The position numbers and the translations under genes were made by a program. This document shows positions 9,582-19,550 of a DNA stretch of 32,000 nucleotides, piece by piece. Below the pieces are notes generated by a model, which worked only from the letters and a program-made list of their open reading frames with translations, was not told the DNA's origin and made no database searches. Numbering within the stretch: position 1 is the first letter of the stretch; every line of letters starts with the position of its first letter. This DNA comes from Planctopirus limnophila DSM 3776 (GTDB lineage: Bacteria; Planctomycetota; Planctomycetia; Planctomycetales; Planctomycetaceae). The stretch lies in contig NC_014148.1 in NCBI RefSeq assembly GCF_000092105.1, forward strand, positions 2,700,001-2,732,000, in the 5' to 3' direction.

Positions 9582-10853
9582 ATGATCTTCAAACTGTTGT
9601 GCTGGACAGGATTCATGTCTTCTCCAAATCAAAAGGGTGCTTTCCATCGCGGAACAAACTCCGCTCCAGCACTGATGTCGATCACTCTGATCGCAGCAAT
9701 TTTCTATTCCAGCACCTCCTGGGCTCAGCACCCGTCCGGGCCGGTTCATACTGTTTCGCCTCTCACCCACCAATCAACAGAGACATTCGTAACCGAATCC
9801 AGCGCCACCGCCTGGCCTGTCATTTTGCTTATGCCGGAAGCCATCGAAGTTCAGCCCGAAGCTGTCGATTCCGGAAACACCTGGGCTGTGCCTGAATCTT
9901 CCTCAAGCGAGATTCCTGGCATGATCACTGCCGCGCCCCACGTGATTCCTGCAGCTCAATGGCAGGGCGAACCTCAAAATCAGATCCTGCAGGGCGATAA
10001 CGTCATGCTTCCGGGAGAGCCACCATCCCCGTTTGAAACTGATATTGGACAGGCCAACCTCAATGAACCACTGCTTCCTCAAGCCGGCAAACCATGGATT
10101 ATCCCCATTTCGACTCAAGCCGCGATTTCGATTCTGCCTGGTGATGGTGACGAACTGGGCATGACGAACCTCGAGTTCAGGCAAACATTTCTCTTCCCTC
10201 GATCCAACGGCTGGATGGTGACACCGGCTTTCAGCACAAATTTCCTTAACGGCCCGACAACGACCGATCTCCCGCCAACTCTTTACAGCGGCTCGATTGA
10301 TTTCATGTGGGCTAAAGAACTCTCGCCGAAATGGAAAATGAATCTGGCTGTTGCTCCGGGCATTTACACAGATGCTCAGAATACCAGCAGTAATGCTTAC
10401 CGCATCACCGGCCGAGCGATCTTCCTGTGGCAAATGAATGCCACCTGGCAATTGGCCTTTGGTGCCGTCTATCTCGATCGGGATGATATCGTGGCTCTGC
10501 CAGCCGTGGGGGCTGTTTATACCCCCAGTGAATCATTTCGAATCGAAGCCATTTTTCCCAGACCACGAGCCGCCTGGCGACTTTCGCAAGTTGGTGATGA
10601 AGAGCGGTGGTTCTATCTTGCTGGTGAACTGGGTGGCGGTACATGGGCCGTCGAACGTGCATCAGGTGCCGATGACACTCTGACTTACAACGCTCTCTAT
10701 CTACTGGCGGGCTATGAAATCAAACGTAAAGGCCGGCTGGCTCCTCGCTTTGAAGCCGGTTATGTCTTCAATCGCCGAGTCGAATACGAGTCCAATGTCG
10801 GGAATTTTAATCCCAGTTCAGCAGCGATGATCCGCGTGGGTCTCGGATTCTAA
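9582..10853 (+). CDS. Hypothetical secreted protein, putative outer-membrane beta-barrel
   Basis: 423-aa ORF. An internal segment MSITLIAAIFYSSTSWAQ looks like a signal peptide, and ATG 9615 is also possible. The C-terminal half is rich in G/Y/F/W with alternating polarity and ends in RVGLGF (terminal Phe, an OMP-type signature). I recognise no family. Confidence 0.6.
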   Translation: MIFKLLCWTGFMSSPNQKGAFHRGTNSAPALMSITLIAAIFYSSTSWAQHPSGPVHTVSPLTHQSTETFVTESSATAWPVILLMPEAIEVQPEAVDSGNTWAVPESSSSEIPGMITAAPHVIPAAQWQGEPQNQILQGDNVMLPGEPPSPFETDIGQANLNEPLLPQAGKPWIIPISTQAAISILPGDGDELGMTNLEFRQTFLFPRSNGWMVTPAFSTNFLNGPTTTDLPPTLYSGSIDFMWAKELSPKWKMNLAVAPGIYTDAQNTSSNAYRITGRAIFLWQMNATWQLAFGAVYLDRDDIVALPAVGAVYTPSESFRIEAIFPRPRAAWRLSQVGDEERWFYLAGELGGGTWAVERASGADDTLTYNALYLLAGYEIKRKGRLAPRFEAGYVFNRRVEYESNVGNFNPSSAAMIRVGLGF

Positions 10854-10861
10854 CTTAACCA

Positions 10862-12208
10862 TCACGAGAAGAGTTCCAGCACGGGGGTACCACCATCTGT
10901 AATAGGAACAGGACGCTCACCTGCATACAGTTCTTCCCGAGGATTCACGCCACATACTGCGTACATGGTGGCATGCAGGTCGGGTACGGAAACTGGTCTA
11001 GTGACGATGTTCATCGCCAGATCATCAGTCTCACCAATCGCCACGCCGGTCTTGATCCCGCCACCTGCACAAGCGACCGAAAAGCATTTGCCATGATGCC
11101 CGCGCCCGCCGCCACCATCGAATTTGGCAGGTCGTCCAAACTCTGTTGAAACCACAATCAACGTTTTATCGAGAAGTTTGTTTCGCTCCAGGTCGAGCAC
11201 GAGGGCTGCGAGCGCCTGATCGAGTTCCTGAATCAGTCGATGCTGCTGGACGATCCCATCATTATGGACATCCCAGCCAGTACCGTTGAGAAAGTTCAAG
11301 TTATGCGAGACTTCGACAAACCGCACCCCTGACTGCAGTAAGCGGCGGGTCAGCAGGCAGCGCTGCCCAAACTCGCCACCATATTCATTACGAAGGTCGG
11401 CAGATTCGGATTTCAAATCAAAGATCCGCATGAACTGCGGGCCAGCCAGCCGCTGAGCTTCATCAATCATCGACTCGTAATTTTTCAGTAAAGCCTGTTT
11501 TTCTTCAGTGGTATTGAGCTGGCGAACTTTCTTCAGCAATTCGTTACGACGTGCTTGCCGCTCCTGGCGAATCACCGAAGCTGGCTGAAAGCCCTGGGGG
11601 CCACTTTCGGTATCTGTCAGATAGACATAGTTCCCTTTGCTGCCCAGAAATCCCGGGCCTCTCGTCGTGCTGGGATACCCAATGAGAACATACGCAGGCA
11701 CACCATCACCTGCCGCACCACGCTGATGAGCAATGACAGAACCGACCGAAGGGTAAATCACCGTTTCACTGACAGGGCGGCCTGTATGCATACGATTCGT
11801 CGCTGCCGCATGCTCGTCAATCACATCGTGATGCACGGTTCGAAATAATGTGAATCGATCCATGATCGGTGCACAGCGCGAGAGGTGTTCGCAGACTTCC
11901 ACCCCTGGGATAGCCGTCTGAATCTTGCCATAATACGAACCCGCTTTATTCGCTTTGGGATCGCCTTTCACTTTGGGATCCCAGGTATCGATCTGACCGG
12001 CTCCACCACCGAGCCAGATCATGACACAATGCTCGGCTTTCCCCATCGGAAAGCTGACTTTTGCATGCTCCTCAGCCAATAGAGAAGACGCAGATCCAAC
12101 CCCTTGTATTCCTGCTGACAATCCAAAGGGTAACCCTGCCGATAAAGCTGCTGCCCCACCCAGTGCAGTGTACTGGTTGAAATCACGACGATTCAAAAAT
12201 GGATTCAT
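10862..12208 (-). CDS. DUF1501 domain protein (sulfatase-like, Tat-exported)
   Basis: Twin-arginine signal MNPFLNRRDFNQYTALGGAAAL. Overall DUF1501-like sequence including GGGGRGHHG. It lies immediately downstream of a PSD1/PSCyt gene, the usual planctomycete pairing. Confidence 0.93.
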   Translation of the reverse strand: MNPFLNRRDFNQYTALGGAAALSAGLPFGLSAGIQGVGSASSLLAEEHAKVSFPMGKAEHCVMIWLGGGAGQIDTWDPKVKGDPKANKAGSYYGKIQTAIPGVEVCEHLSRCAPIMDRFTLFRTVHHDVIDEHAAATNRMHTGRPVSETVIYPSVGSVIAHQRGAAGDGVPAYVLIGYPSTTRGPGFLGSKGNYVYLTDTESGPQGFQPASVIRQERQARRNELLKKVRQLNTTEEKQALLKNYESMIDEAQRLAGPQFMRIFDLKSESADLRNEYGGEFGQRCLLTRRLLQSGVRFVEVSHNLNFLNGTGWDVHNDGIVQQHRLIQELDQALAALVLDLERNKLLDKTLIVVSTEFGRPAKFDGGGGRGHHGKCFSVACAGGGIKTGVAIGETDDLAMNIVTRPVSVPDLHATMYAVCGVNPREELYAGERPVPITDGGTPVLELFS

Positions 12209-12300
12209 AGCGTTCTTCCATCAGCCCTGGGCCAAATCAACTATCGAATGGACAGGTGTGTTCGCACTTATAATCGATACTGTATCCATGCTGTTAATAT

Positions 12301-15300
12301 TCAGTTCAGCAGCACAAACTCGGGCATATTGATCAACGTCCACACAAAATCTTCCGCCCGCTCACGCCAATCAGCCTGTAACCGCGACGAGGGTTCATCA
12401 CCTTTTTCAATCGTCATGGCGTAGTTGACCTTAATGCTGTTCGCTTCTGACTGCAGATGATTCGTCCAGGATACACCCGTTGCCTGAGGACGAAGCACCA
12501 CTTTCGGTTCGGTACCCGCCAGCACACGTTCGCTGAAGCCAGAACTCAAGAACTCCACGAACATGGCCTTTTCCTGAACAGATGGAGCACGAGTCATCAA
12601 CTGCTGGAAGACTTTCTCAACAAACTCCTCGACGGACTTCGACGAAATCGCCAGTTCTGTGATCAAGCTATCATCGGAGAGTTGAGACGCCCGGAGAGTC
12701 AAAGTTCCATTGGCTAAGGTCGCGGGTTGCAGCACAGTCGTTTCCTGGCTACGCAGACTTTGGGGATCGGGCCGCGATGCTCTCCAGCCAAATGTTTCGA
12801 GCACATTGATAAAACTCTGCACCCCAGGCAAAGCCAGGCTCGGGCGGTCACGTTCATTGTTTGTGGCCACAAATTCCCAGGCACGTTCCGGGAAACCAAA
12901 TCCCAGGGACTGATTCATCGGCCTCAGGCCATCGACATCAATATTCAATTCTTCTGTGCGGAAACTCTTCCCGGAAGCCACAAAGAGCGAATCCACAAGT
13001 TGCTCGGCAGTCAGTTTTCGTGGGGCGGGCCCGGCAAAAAGCCGTGCTCGCCGGGCATCACTATAGACCGAATGGTCACTCTTTCGCTGGTAAACTTCGG
13101 TATTCAGGATCACGCGGGCGATCTGTTTCAGTTCATAACCGGAAGCGATCAACTCCTGTTCAAGAATCGACAGCACCTGAGGATGCGTCGGGTCGGGGGT
13201 TTCCCAATCATCAATCGGTTCCACAATCCCTTTTCCCAGATACCGCTGCCAGAGGCGATTGACGATCACATCGGCAAATCTTCGATTGGCAGGAGATGTC
13301 ACCAGCACAGCCAGTTGCTCACGTCGATCAGCAGGATGCTCCAGAATATCCGGAGATAGACTTGCCGAAAGACGCTCTGCAAATGGCCATTCCGGTGGGA
13401 CAGGCTCACCCGGTTTCAACGTCACTTTGACCAGCAGCGATTTCAGTGCATTTTCATCACCTGGAATTGTGCTCGTTTTGGGGACCGACTCGGGTTCTCG
13501 CTTCAGCATCGCTGCCAGACTGAAGAGGTCTCGCTGCTGAAAATCATGATAGGGAGCATCGTGACAACGAGCACATTTCATCTCCATGCCCAGAAAGGCC
13601 TGCGCCAGAATATGCGCCTTGGCAGCCATCGGACTGTCGTTCTGCGTCGCCAGAGCGAAACCAGCGGGTCCACCAAAATAGGTGCTCCCCTCCATAAGGA
13701 TCAATTCTGTCGCGAATCGATCAAACGGCTTGTTATCGCTGAACGATTCATGAATCCAATAGCGGAAGGGACCCGTGTTATTGAGCGTAGGATTCACCAG
13801 ATTCGGGTTTTCCGCCAGCACGTCCTGCCAGTAAGCCACCCAATGATCAGCCCAACCCGGCTGCTCCAATAACCAGTCAATCCATTCGGCACGTCGATTG
13901 GATTCCGCCAGAGACCAGAAGTGCTCCTGGAGCTTTAATGAAGGAATCGTTCCCAGAATGTCGAGTGTGGATTTTCTCAAAAACTCGGCATCAGAAACCG
14001 GCGCCATGGGCTCGACGCCAGCCGAAGAAAGACCTTGTTGAATCTCGCGGTTAATAGCCGCGACAGTGGCTTTGTTTCTGCTGAGATCTTCTCCGATGGG
14101 CCCTTGTGACTGCTGCCCGAGCGTATCTTTCGCCAGTTGATGACGTTTTTCCCAGTAGCGGGCGTACCCCTCAGAGGCTTTTCTTCGCCTGACGGTATTT
14201 TCACTTTCAAGACGTTTCTTCTCGGTTTTGGCCCATTGTTCCCAATGCCAGTCATCCAGTGGAAAGAGTTGTCTGGTAGACAACACCTGGAACTGTTTGC
14301 CATCAGCACTAATAGCCAGACACATCTCCCCCAGTTCCGGGCGGCGTCCTTTACCTCCTACCCAGAGATCAACTTGCACACGATGCTCACCGGATGTGGG
14401 ACTCCACGCAATGGCCTGCTCATAGTCACCTGGCTGCAAAGGACGAATCGCATCTGAGATCTGGCTCTCGACTCGATAGAGCGGGCCATGACCATCACTT
14501 CCTCGACCAGGGTGCCGATTATCGAGCACGAGTTGGTCATCAATCCATAGCCTGGCTCCACTGCGTGCCCTGAGTAGCAAATGCCGCGTTTCAGGTGGAA
14601 ACTCCACCAATCCGCTTAATCGCACGACGACAGGATTGCTGCGATCAGCCCGCACCCCATGAGAGTTGTAAAGCTGAGGAATCGCAATCAGTGACCAATC
14701 GACCTGCTGGAACGATTCGAACGGCTTACCTAAGCGAAATTCCCAATTATGCTTATCGGGAACATGATGAAAGACCTCGACAAAGACGTTGTCTCGTGAA
14801 AGGTGCTCACGAGGGGTCAGATATGGGGGCTCCTGAACGATGCGGGCATGCTGTGCGATGCGGTCAGGTGACAAGGCGGATCGATAAATGGCGACTTCAT
14901 CAATCAACCCACGAAAGGTACTGGAGGGATTCCCCCCTAACGAGGAGCCCACCCAGAGCTGATCATCATCGACGACAGGAGCTTTGGTTGTCGCCCCCCC
15001 ATAATCCCAGGTTCCCTCCACGAGGCTACCATCAATGTAACCTTTGATCGACTTGGGCTCGCCAAAAGTGTAACTCACCGCGATGTGATGCCATCCCGAA
15101 TCGACAGCTACGCCAGATTGTGAGTTCCAGCGATGGTAATTCTCACTATTCCCCGGCTGACTGTCCGCATCACGAAAGAGAAAACTGACGAGTGCCTGGC
15201 CGTTCTTGCCAGCCAATCGCAAGGCATAGTTCTGATTTTCGGCAGGATAGCCGGAGCGTTTGGTACGTCCTTTGCCGACCACATACATCTGCTGATTGTC

Positions 15301-15873
15301 GGCAATCTGCTGCACGTCAACCCAGGCTTCCAGAGTGATCGAATCACCCTGCTGAAATCGCAGGGGACTGGCCGCTAAGGCTGCTGGATCTTTGGTTTTG
15401 ATGGGGGAATCATCGAGTGTCAGGTAGCCCGCTTTGTTGCCGAACTCCAGAGCCTCATTGTCGCTACTGAAGAGAGGATACTTCTCACCCCTGGGCCCTG
15501 CGACTTTTAACTTGACGTTTCCTTGCTGCTGGAAGACCCATTGGCCAGAAACGTCTATCCCGGAAGCATCTTTCCCAGAAACATCTTTTAGAGAGCCTTG
15601 ATCAAAGCTCCAATAGAATGCGGGTTGATCGGCAGCGACCATCGCTGCATACAGGTTTTTCGAGAGTTGAGATTCACCAGAATCATCCTGACTAGTTGCT
15701 GCTGCTTCCTGAGAACTCTTCGACAACTGGGCAGGGACGGCCTCCGGTGGCTGACTCCAGCCCACACCCATTTGCCAGTTCGTTAGCACATGGAAGGTGA
15801 TCGCCATCATGACGATACGAAGAGAAGACTGGCTCATTAAGAACTCGCTACTCAAAGAAGACCTGCGGAGCAA
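12301..15873 (-). CDS. PSCyt2/PSD1 (DUF1549/DUF1553) giant protein with N-terminal LamG-like region
   Basis: 1190 aa with a hydrophobic N-terminus. It has a concanavalin/LamG-like segment (..HIAVSYTF..GYIDG..DEVAIY). The CxxCH-type motif KCARCHDAPYHDF is typical of DUF1549. The C-terminal part is DUF1553-like. It is paired with DUF1501. Confidence 0.93.
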   Translation of the reverse strand: MLRRSSLSSEFLMSQSSLRIVMMAITFHVLTNWQMGVGWSQPPEAVPAQLSKSSQEAAATSQDDSGESQLSKNLYAAMVAADQPAFYWSFDQGSLKDVSGKDASGIDVSGQWVFQQQGNVKLKVAGPRGEKYPLFSSDNEALEFGNKAGYLTLDDSPIKTKDPAALAASPLRFQQGDSITLEAWVDVQQIADNQQMYVVGKGRTKRSGYPAENQNYALRLAGKNGQALVSFLFRDADSQPGNSENYHRWNSQSGVAVDSGWHHIAVSYTFGEPKSIKGYIDGSLVEGTWDYGGATTKAPVVDDDQLWVGSSLGGNPSSTFRGLIDEVAIYRSALSPDRIAQHARIVQEPPYLTPREHLSRDNVFVEVFHHVPDKHNWEFRLGKPFESFQQVDWSLIAIPQLYNSHGVRADRSNPVVVRLSGLVEFPPETRHLLLRARSGARLWIDDQLVLDNRHPGRGSDGHGPLYRVESQISDAIRPLQPGDYEQAIAWSPTSGEHRVQVDLWVGGKGRRPELGEMCLAISADGKQFQVLSTRQLFPLDDWHWEQWAKTEKKRLESENTVRRRKASEGYARYWEKRHQLAKDTLGQQSQGPIGEDLSRNKATVAAINREIQQGLSSAGVEPMAPVSDAEFLRKSTLDILGTIPSLKLQEHFWSLAESNRRAEWIDWLLEQPGWADHWVAYWQDVLAENPNLVNPTLNNTGPFRYWIHESFSDNKPFDRFATELILMEGSTYFGGPAGFALATQNDSPMAAKAHILAQAFLGMEMKCARCHDAPYHDFQQRDLFSLAAMLKREPESVPKTSTIPGDENALKSLLVKVTLKPGEPVPPEWPFAERLSASLSPDILEHPADRREQLAVLVTSPANRRFADVIVNRLWQRYLGKGIVEPIDDWETPDPTHPQVLSILEQELIASGYELKQIARVILNTEVYQRKSDHSVYSDARRARLFAGPAPRKLTAEQLVDSLFVASGKSFRTEELNIDVDGLRPMNQSLGFGFPERAWEFVATNNERDRPSLALPGVQSFINVLETFGWRASRPDPQSLRSQETTVLQPATLANGTLTLRASQLSDDSLITELAISSKSVEEFVEKVFQQLMTRAPSVQEKAMFVEFLSSGFSERVLAGTEPKVVLRPQATGVSWTNHLQSEANSIKVNYAMTIEKGDEPSSRLQADWRERAEDFVWTLINMPEFVLLN

Positions 15874-16103
15874 AGCTGGATTGAATGGATGACTTAAAAT
15901 GTTCCGAATCGCATCATGAGCAAATGGGGCTCATGGGGCTCATGGGCCGAACCTGTCAAACTCATCACACAGTTTCATCGCACCGCGGGCCAGATCACTC
16001 GACGAACAGATAGATGCAAACGATGCCGTTCTCAGTGTAGCGAAAGCATCCACCAATCTCGATATGAAATCTCGAAATCAAGATTTCAGGATTGAGTGCA
16101 AAA

Positions 16104-16607
16104 TCAAGGAGCGGCGATTCTTCCACCTCGATTTACAGGTGCTACGCCATAGCCTTTCGCGGAGGCGGGTACTTCGAGATCGCAGGTCGCACCGACCTTT
16201 TCGACAGGAATGGTGAACATGAGAAACAGGGGAATATCAGCCTTGGTGATGATCGTTTCATCCCCCTGGCTGCTGGCGGGCTTCTTTTCGTAACCAGTTA
16301 CCCTCACAAGATGGGGCCCGGGAATGACTCCTTTCCCCGAACCCCTTGTCGAGAATTGCCCATCGACAATTTCCGCCGAACCAGCGGGGCCTTGATGACC
16401 TTTAGCGCTATCGGGAACAAACTCCAGCAGGCCGAACTTCACTGGCTCGCCGCCAAAAGTCACTTTCCCGGAGACATCGACGGGTTGCACCCCACTCTGG
16501 CCACAGCCTGTAACAAAGGTGCCAATCCAGAGCATCAGCGACAGATACCCGATCCATTGCATCCGTTGATTGAAATGGGAGCGGGAAAAAACATCGATCA
16601 TCTTCAA
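16104..16607 (-). CDS. Small lipoprotein, carboxypeptidase-regulatory-like fold (partner of DUF1559)
   Basis: Lipobox FVTGCG after a hydrophobic stretch, then VSGKVTFGGEPV (typical of CarboxypepD_reg-like beta-sandwich proteins). The likely ATG start is at 16562. It sits directly downstream of a DUF1559 gene. Confidence 0.75.
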   Translation of the reverse strand: MKMIDVFSRSHFNQRMQWIGYLSLMLWIGTFVTGCGQSGVQPVDVSGKVTFGGEPVKFGLLEFVPDSAKGHQGPAGSAEIVDGQFSTRGSGKGVIPGPHLVRVTGYEKKPASSQGDETIITKADIPLFLMFTIPVEKVGATCDLEVPASAKGYGVAPVNRGGRIAAP

Positions 16608-16729
16608 TCACCTAATTTCTCAGCACCTGCAGATCAAGCCGGAATCGCCAGCGAAGCGAGTCGTTGCCTCACACAAACGGCTGACATCCGACGAATGAAC
16701 ACAGCTCATAGTGGCTGCCGTCTCATGAA

Positions 16730-17761
16730 TTATTGAATCTGCATCGATTCGGCACCATCTCGACTGGCCGCCCCTTGATAGGTAGCAAAGTCAATATTCT
16801 CAGAGACAAAACGGACAGTTCCGTCGCCCATGAGAAAATGAGTCCCTCCGACATGCTGACTGCCAAACCGGGAATCATTGTAGAGACTGCCGGCAGTATT
16901 ACTTCTCCAACCGGTATTTGAACCAATCTGATGCGTAATATTCTTGGAGGCATACATGGCCGTGGAGTTATCGTTTGTCGAAACGCCTTGTGTCCAGGCT
17001 CGAAAAGTTCGATTCCAACCCGAAGCTGCGTTGGCTGAGGCCTCACCCATGAGGAATGTGTTCGACAAACCATCAGTACAGTCGCTGAATCTTGACGAGA
17101 CATTTCGGGTCAATAAACCATTCGTCGCCAGACCACCATGATCAGACGTCAGATTGGGAACTGCTGGCAGAGAGGCGTAATACGCAGTTGTTGAACCAGG
17201 TAAAAAGCCTTTTGCACCCGCAACTCCCAGATAATGTACCGATACGGGCGAATGAGTCTGGTTGTTCGTTGAGCCATAAGTGACTGTTTCGCTATCAGAC
17301 GTCCTGTCAGAGAGCAAGGCACTGGGGCAATGCAGGACAGGAATTGTGGAACGCTTTAACGCAAAGTTGGGTGCATCATTATAAAAGCGAGACATATCGA
17401 ACTGATTATAGAGTGGGGTCTGATCAAGAAATGGCAGAACACGCACATGAAAACTGAAGCGATTATGCTGGCCAGGATTCGGGGGCGTCCCTGCAGTTAC
17501 CGAAAAACCTGCCGCGGGGAGGCTATTGTATGTATCGTGGTAATTATGGAGTGCGAGCCCCCATTGCTTGAGAATGTTTTTACATTCCGTCCGGCGGGCC
17601 GCTTCACGAGCCTGCTGGACAGCCGGCAGCAGCAGGGCAATCAGAATCGCAATGATCGCAATGACGACCAGCAATTCAATCAGCGTAAAGGCTTTACGAT
17701 TTTGAAACAACATCTTTCTCACTCCAAGGAATAACGAATAACTCCGTATTGATAACAACAC
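16730..17761 (-). CDS. DUF1559 protein with prepilin-type N-terminal cleavage/methylation domain
   Basis: AFTLIELLVVIAIIAILIALLLPAVQQAREAARRTECKNILKQWGLALHNYHD, and a C-terminal H..GG..FLMGDGTVRFVS motif. The likely start is ATG 17713, with GGAG about 10 nt upstream. Confidence 0.95.
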   Translation of the reverse strand: MLLSIRSYSLFLGVRKMLFQNRKAFTLIELLVVIAIIAILIALLLPAVQQAREAARRTECKNILKQWGLALHNYHDTYNSLPAAGFSVTAGTPPNPGQHNRFSFHVRVLPFLDQTPLYNQFDMSRFYNDAPNFALKRSTIPVLHCPSALLSDRTSDSETVTYGSTNNQTHSPVSVHYLGVAGAKGFLPGSTTAYYASLPAVPNLTSDHGGLATNGLLTRNVSSRFSDCTDGLSNTFLMGEASANAASGWNRTFRAWTQGVSTNDNSTAMYASKNITHQIGSNTGWRSNTAGSLYNDSRFGSQHVGGTHFLMGDGTVRFVSENIDFATYQGAASRDGAESMQIQ

Positions 17762-17772
17762 CTCATGATGGA

Positions 17773-18312
17773 TTATGGATCGTTGAATCGGGCTTTGGGC
17801 CCCACAATTTCAATTTGCGCAGGCTTTCCACCAGTCGTTAATGCGAACTCGGAAGGATTCATTCCTGAACTCGTGACATGGGCAGTCAGAGTCGAGCCGA
17901 GTGGATCGGCATATGATTTAGGCACCACCCATTTATAAGTGATGTTCACAGAGGAACTGGCTTCATCACCGGGATTAACCTTAGGCTGACCCACGACTTC
18001 ACGCTTCTGAACCCCGACGAGATATTCGCCGTAAGGCAGCCCATCGCCGGGTTCATATGTCCTCACGGCAAACTGACCCTGAGCGTCCGTCACTCCTGTC
18101 GAAGGGCGCTGAAAACCAGCCTTTTCACCGGAGGTTTTGGGTTGAAAAACAATGGCAGCACCTTCGAGAGGCTTACCATCCAACGTGACTTTCCCCGTGA
18201 CCTTGACAAGTTTTGGGCGCCCATTCCCACAACCAGAAGATGTCAAGCATTCGACCAGAAGCACCAGGATTCCCAGGCTCAATAGGCCGGTTCGATACAT
18301 GGCAGCAGGCAC
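17773..18312 (-). CDS. Small lipoprotein, carboxypeptidase-regulatory-like fold (partner of DUF1559)
   Basis: Signal peptide plus lipobox LTSSGCG, then VTGKVTLDGKPLEGAAIVFQP. It is a paralogue-type repeat of the 16104-16607 arrangement. Confidence 0.8.
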   Translation of the reverse strand: MPAAMYRTGLLSLGILVLLVECLTSSGCGNGRPKLVKVTGKVTLDGKPLEGAAIVFQPKTSGEKAGFQRPSTGVTDAQGQFAVRTYEPGDGLPYGEYLVGVQKREVVGQPKVNPGDEASSSVNITYKWVVPKSYADPLGSTLTAHVTSSGMNPSEFALTTGGKPAQIEIVGPKARFNDP

Positions 18313-18400
18313 TGTTTAGCCCCTTATCTGTGTGAGTCTTTCGAGCAGACAGACGTCAACTTCAATAGAGTCACTCGCAGCTGACGTGGGAAAGTCAGCT

Positions 18401-19345
18401 TTAGAATTCACCAATCGTATTGCGATCATTAATCTGGAAGAGATTCTGGTAGAGAAAATTTCCTGTATCAGCCCCGAGTGCGGGATTGGATTGTATATTC
18501 TCACTCAGAAACCGGACGGTTCCATCACACATCAAGACATGCGCCCCTCCCGTGTGCGGACTCGCCACTGCCACCCGGGAAAAAAGATTGACCGGCGTAC
18601 CATTTTCCAGATAGCAGTTCGTAGCGGTGTCTAATGTTCCATCAAACGGGGTATTAATCTCAGTATGTGGTGAAACGATATTGATACGGAATTGACACAT
18701 TTTCCCCGTCCCCCAGGTCGAGCCAATGGCGACAAATGGAGCCGTCATTAATGCTTTTTCACCAGCGAGGATCGTATTCGACGTTCCATCGAGAATATCT
18801 GAGATGGGCGTGGCTTTAGGTGGGTTGGGAACCGGGAAAATCGTGTTGCTGCCACCGTACATGAGTACGCCCAGATTTTTGTGGTTCGGATTCAAATCAC
18901 CTCCATTGGCAGAAGGGCAGATGAAACCGGGGATCTTGGTCGTCAGCAATCGTTCAACGGTTCCGCCATTGGCTGTTGAGTAATCCTGAATGTTGGTCAT
19001 ATTCGCTGTGTTTTGAGGAATGAGATTCGAATTCCCCACGTTGATGGCGGTGTAAAGCGGCGTTTGATCGATGAACGGGAGCAACATGCATGACCATGTC
19101 CACGACCTGGTCGTGGTATCCTGATTGGCTCCTACGCCTCCTGCGACAGCTGCGACGGGAAAGCGCTTATGGACATCATGGTAATTGTGAAAGGCTAACC
19201 CCAACTGCTTCATGTTGTTTTTGCACTGAGTTCTCCTGGCCGATTCCCGTGCCTGTTGAACAGCAGGGAGCAGCAGTGCAATCAGAATCGCGATAATTGC
19301 AATCACGACGAGGAGTTCAATGAGAGTGAATGCGCGACGAGACAT
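18401..19345 (-). CDS. DUF1559 protein with prepilin-type N-terminal cleavage/methylation domain
   Basis: MSRRAFTLIELLVVIAIIAILIALLLPAVQQARESARRTQCKNNMKQLGLAFHNYHD, and C-terminal HTGGAHVLMCDGTVRFLS. Confidence 0.95.
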   Translation of the reverse strand: MSRRAFTLIELLVVIAIIAILIALLLPAVQQARESARRTQCKNNMKQLGLAFHNYHDVHKRFPVAAVAGGVGANQDTTTRSWTWSCMLLPFIDQTPLYTAINVGNSNLIPQNTANMTNIQDYSTANGGTVERLLTTKIPGFICPSANGGDLNPNHKNLGVLMYGGSNTIFPVPNPPKATPISDILDGTSNTILAGEKALMTAPFVAIGSTWGTGKMCQFRINIVSPHTEINTPFDGTLDTATNCYLENGTPVNLFSRVAVASPHTGGAHVLMCDGTVRFLSENIQSNPALGADTGNFLYQNLFQINDRNTIGEF

Positions 19346-19550
19346 GCGATTTCTCCACAGAAAGGAGTTTTGGCCAAAAGAACTGGCCCAGAAATGAATG
19401 GAGCGTTATTTGAACATAACAACATTCACTAATGCGATCAATCTTTTGCAATCACAAATGTGGAGGTTTTCGCTGAACTTGAGACATTCAAATGGCTGCA
19501 CGTTTGAAAGCCGCTGGATTCAACAACATGCCCCAATCCTTGCAAAGTGC

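Noticed and set aside
15924-15946. Short tandem repeat atggggctc x2 (plus a partial third copy) and small hairpins in the 15874-16103 spacer.
   Set aside because: They are too short to distinguish from chance, and no further copies occur in the window.
16092-16736. 214-aa + strand ORF.
   Set aside because: It is antisense to the lipoprotein gene 16104-16607, which fits the conserved DUF1559-lipoprotein arrangement seen again at 17773-19345.
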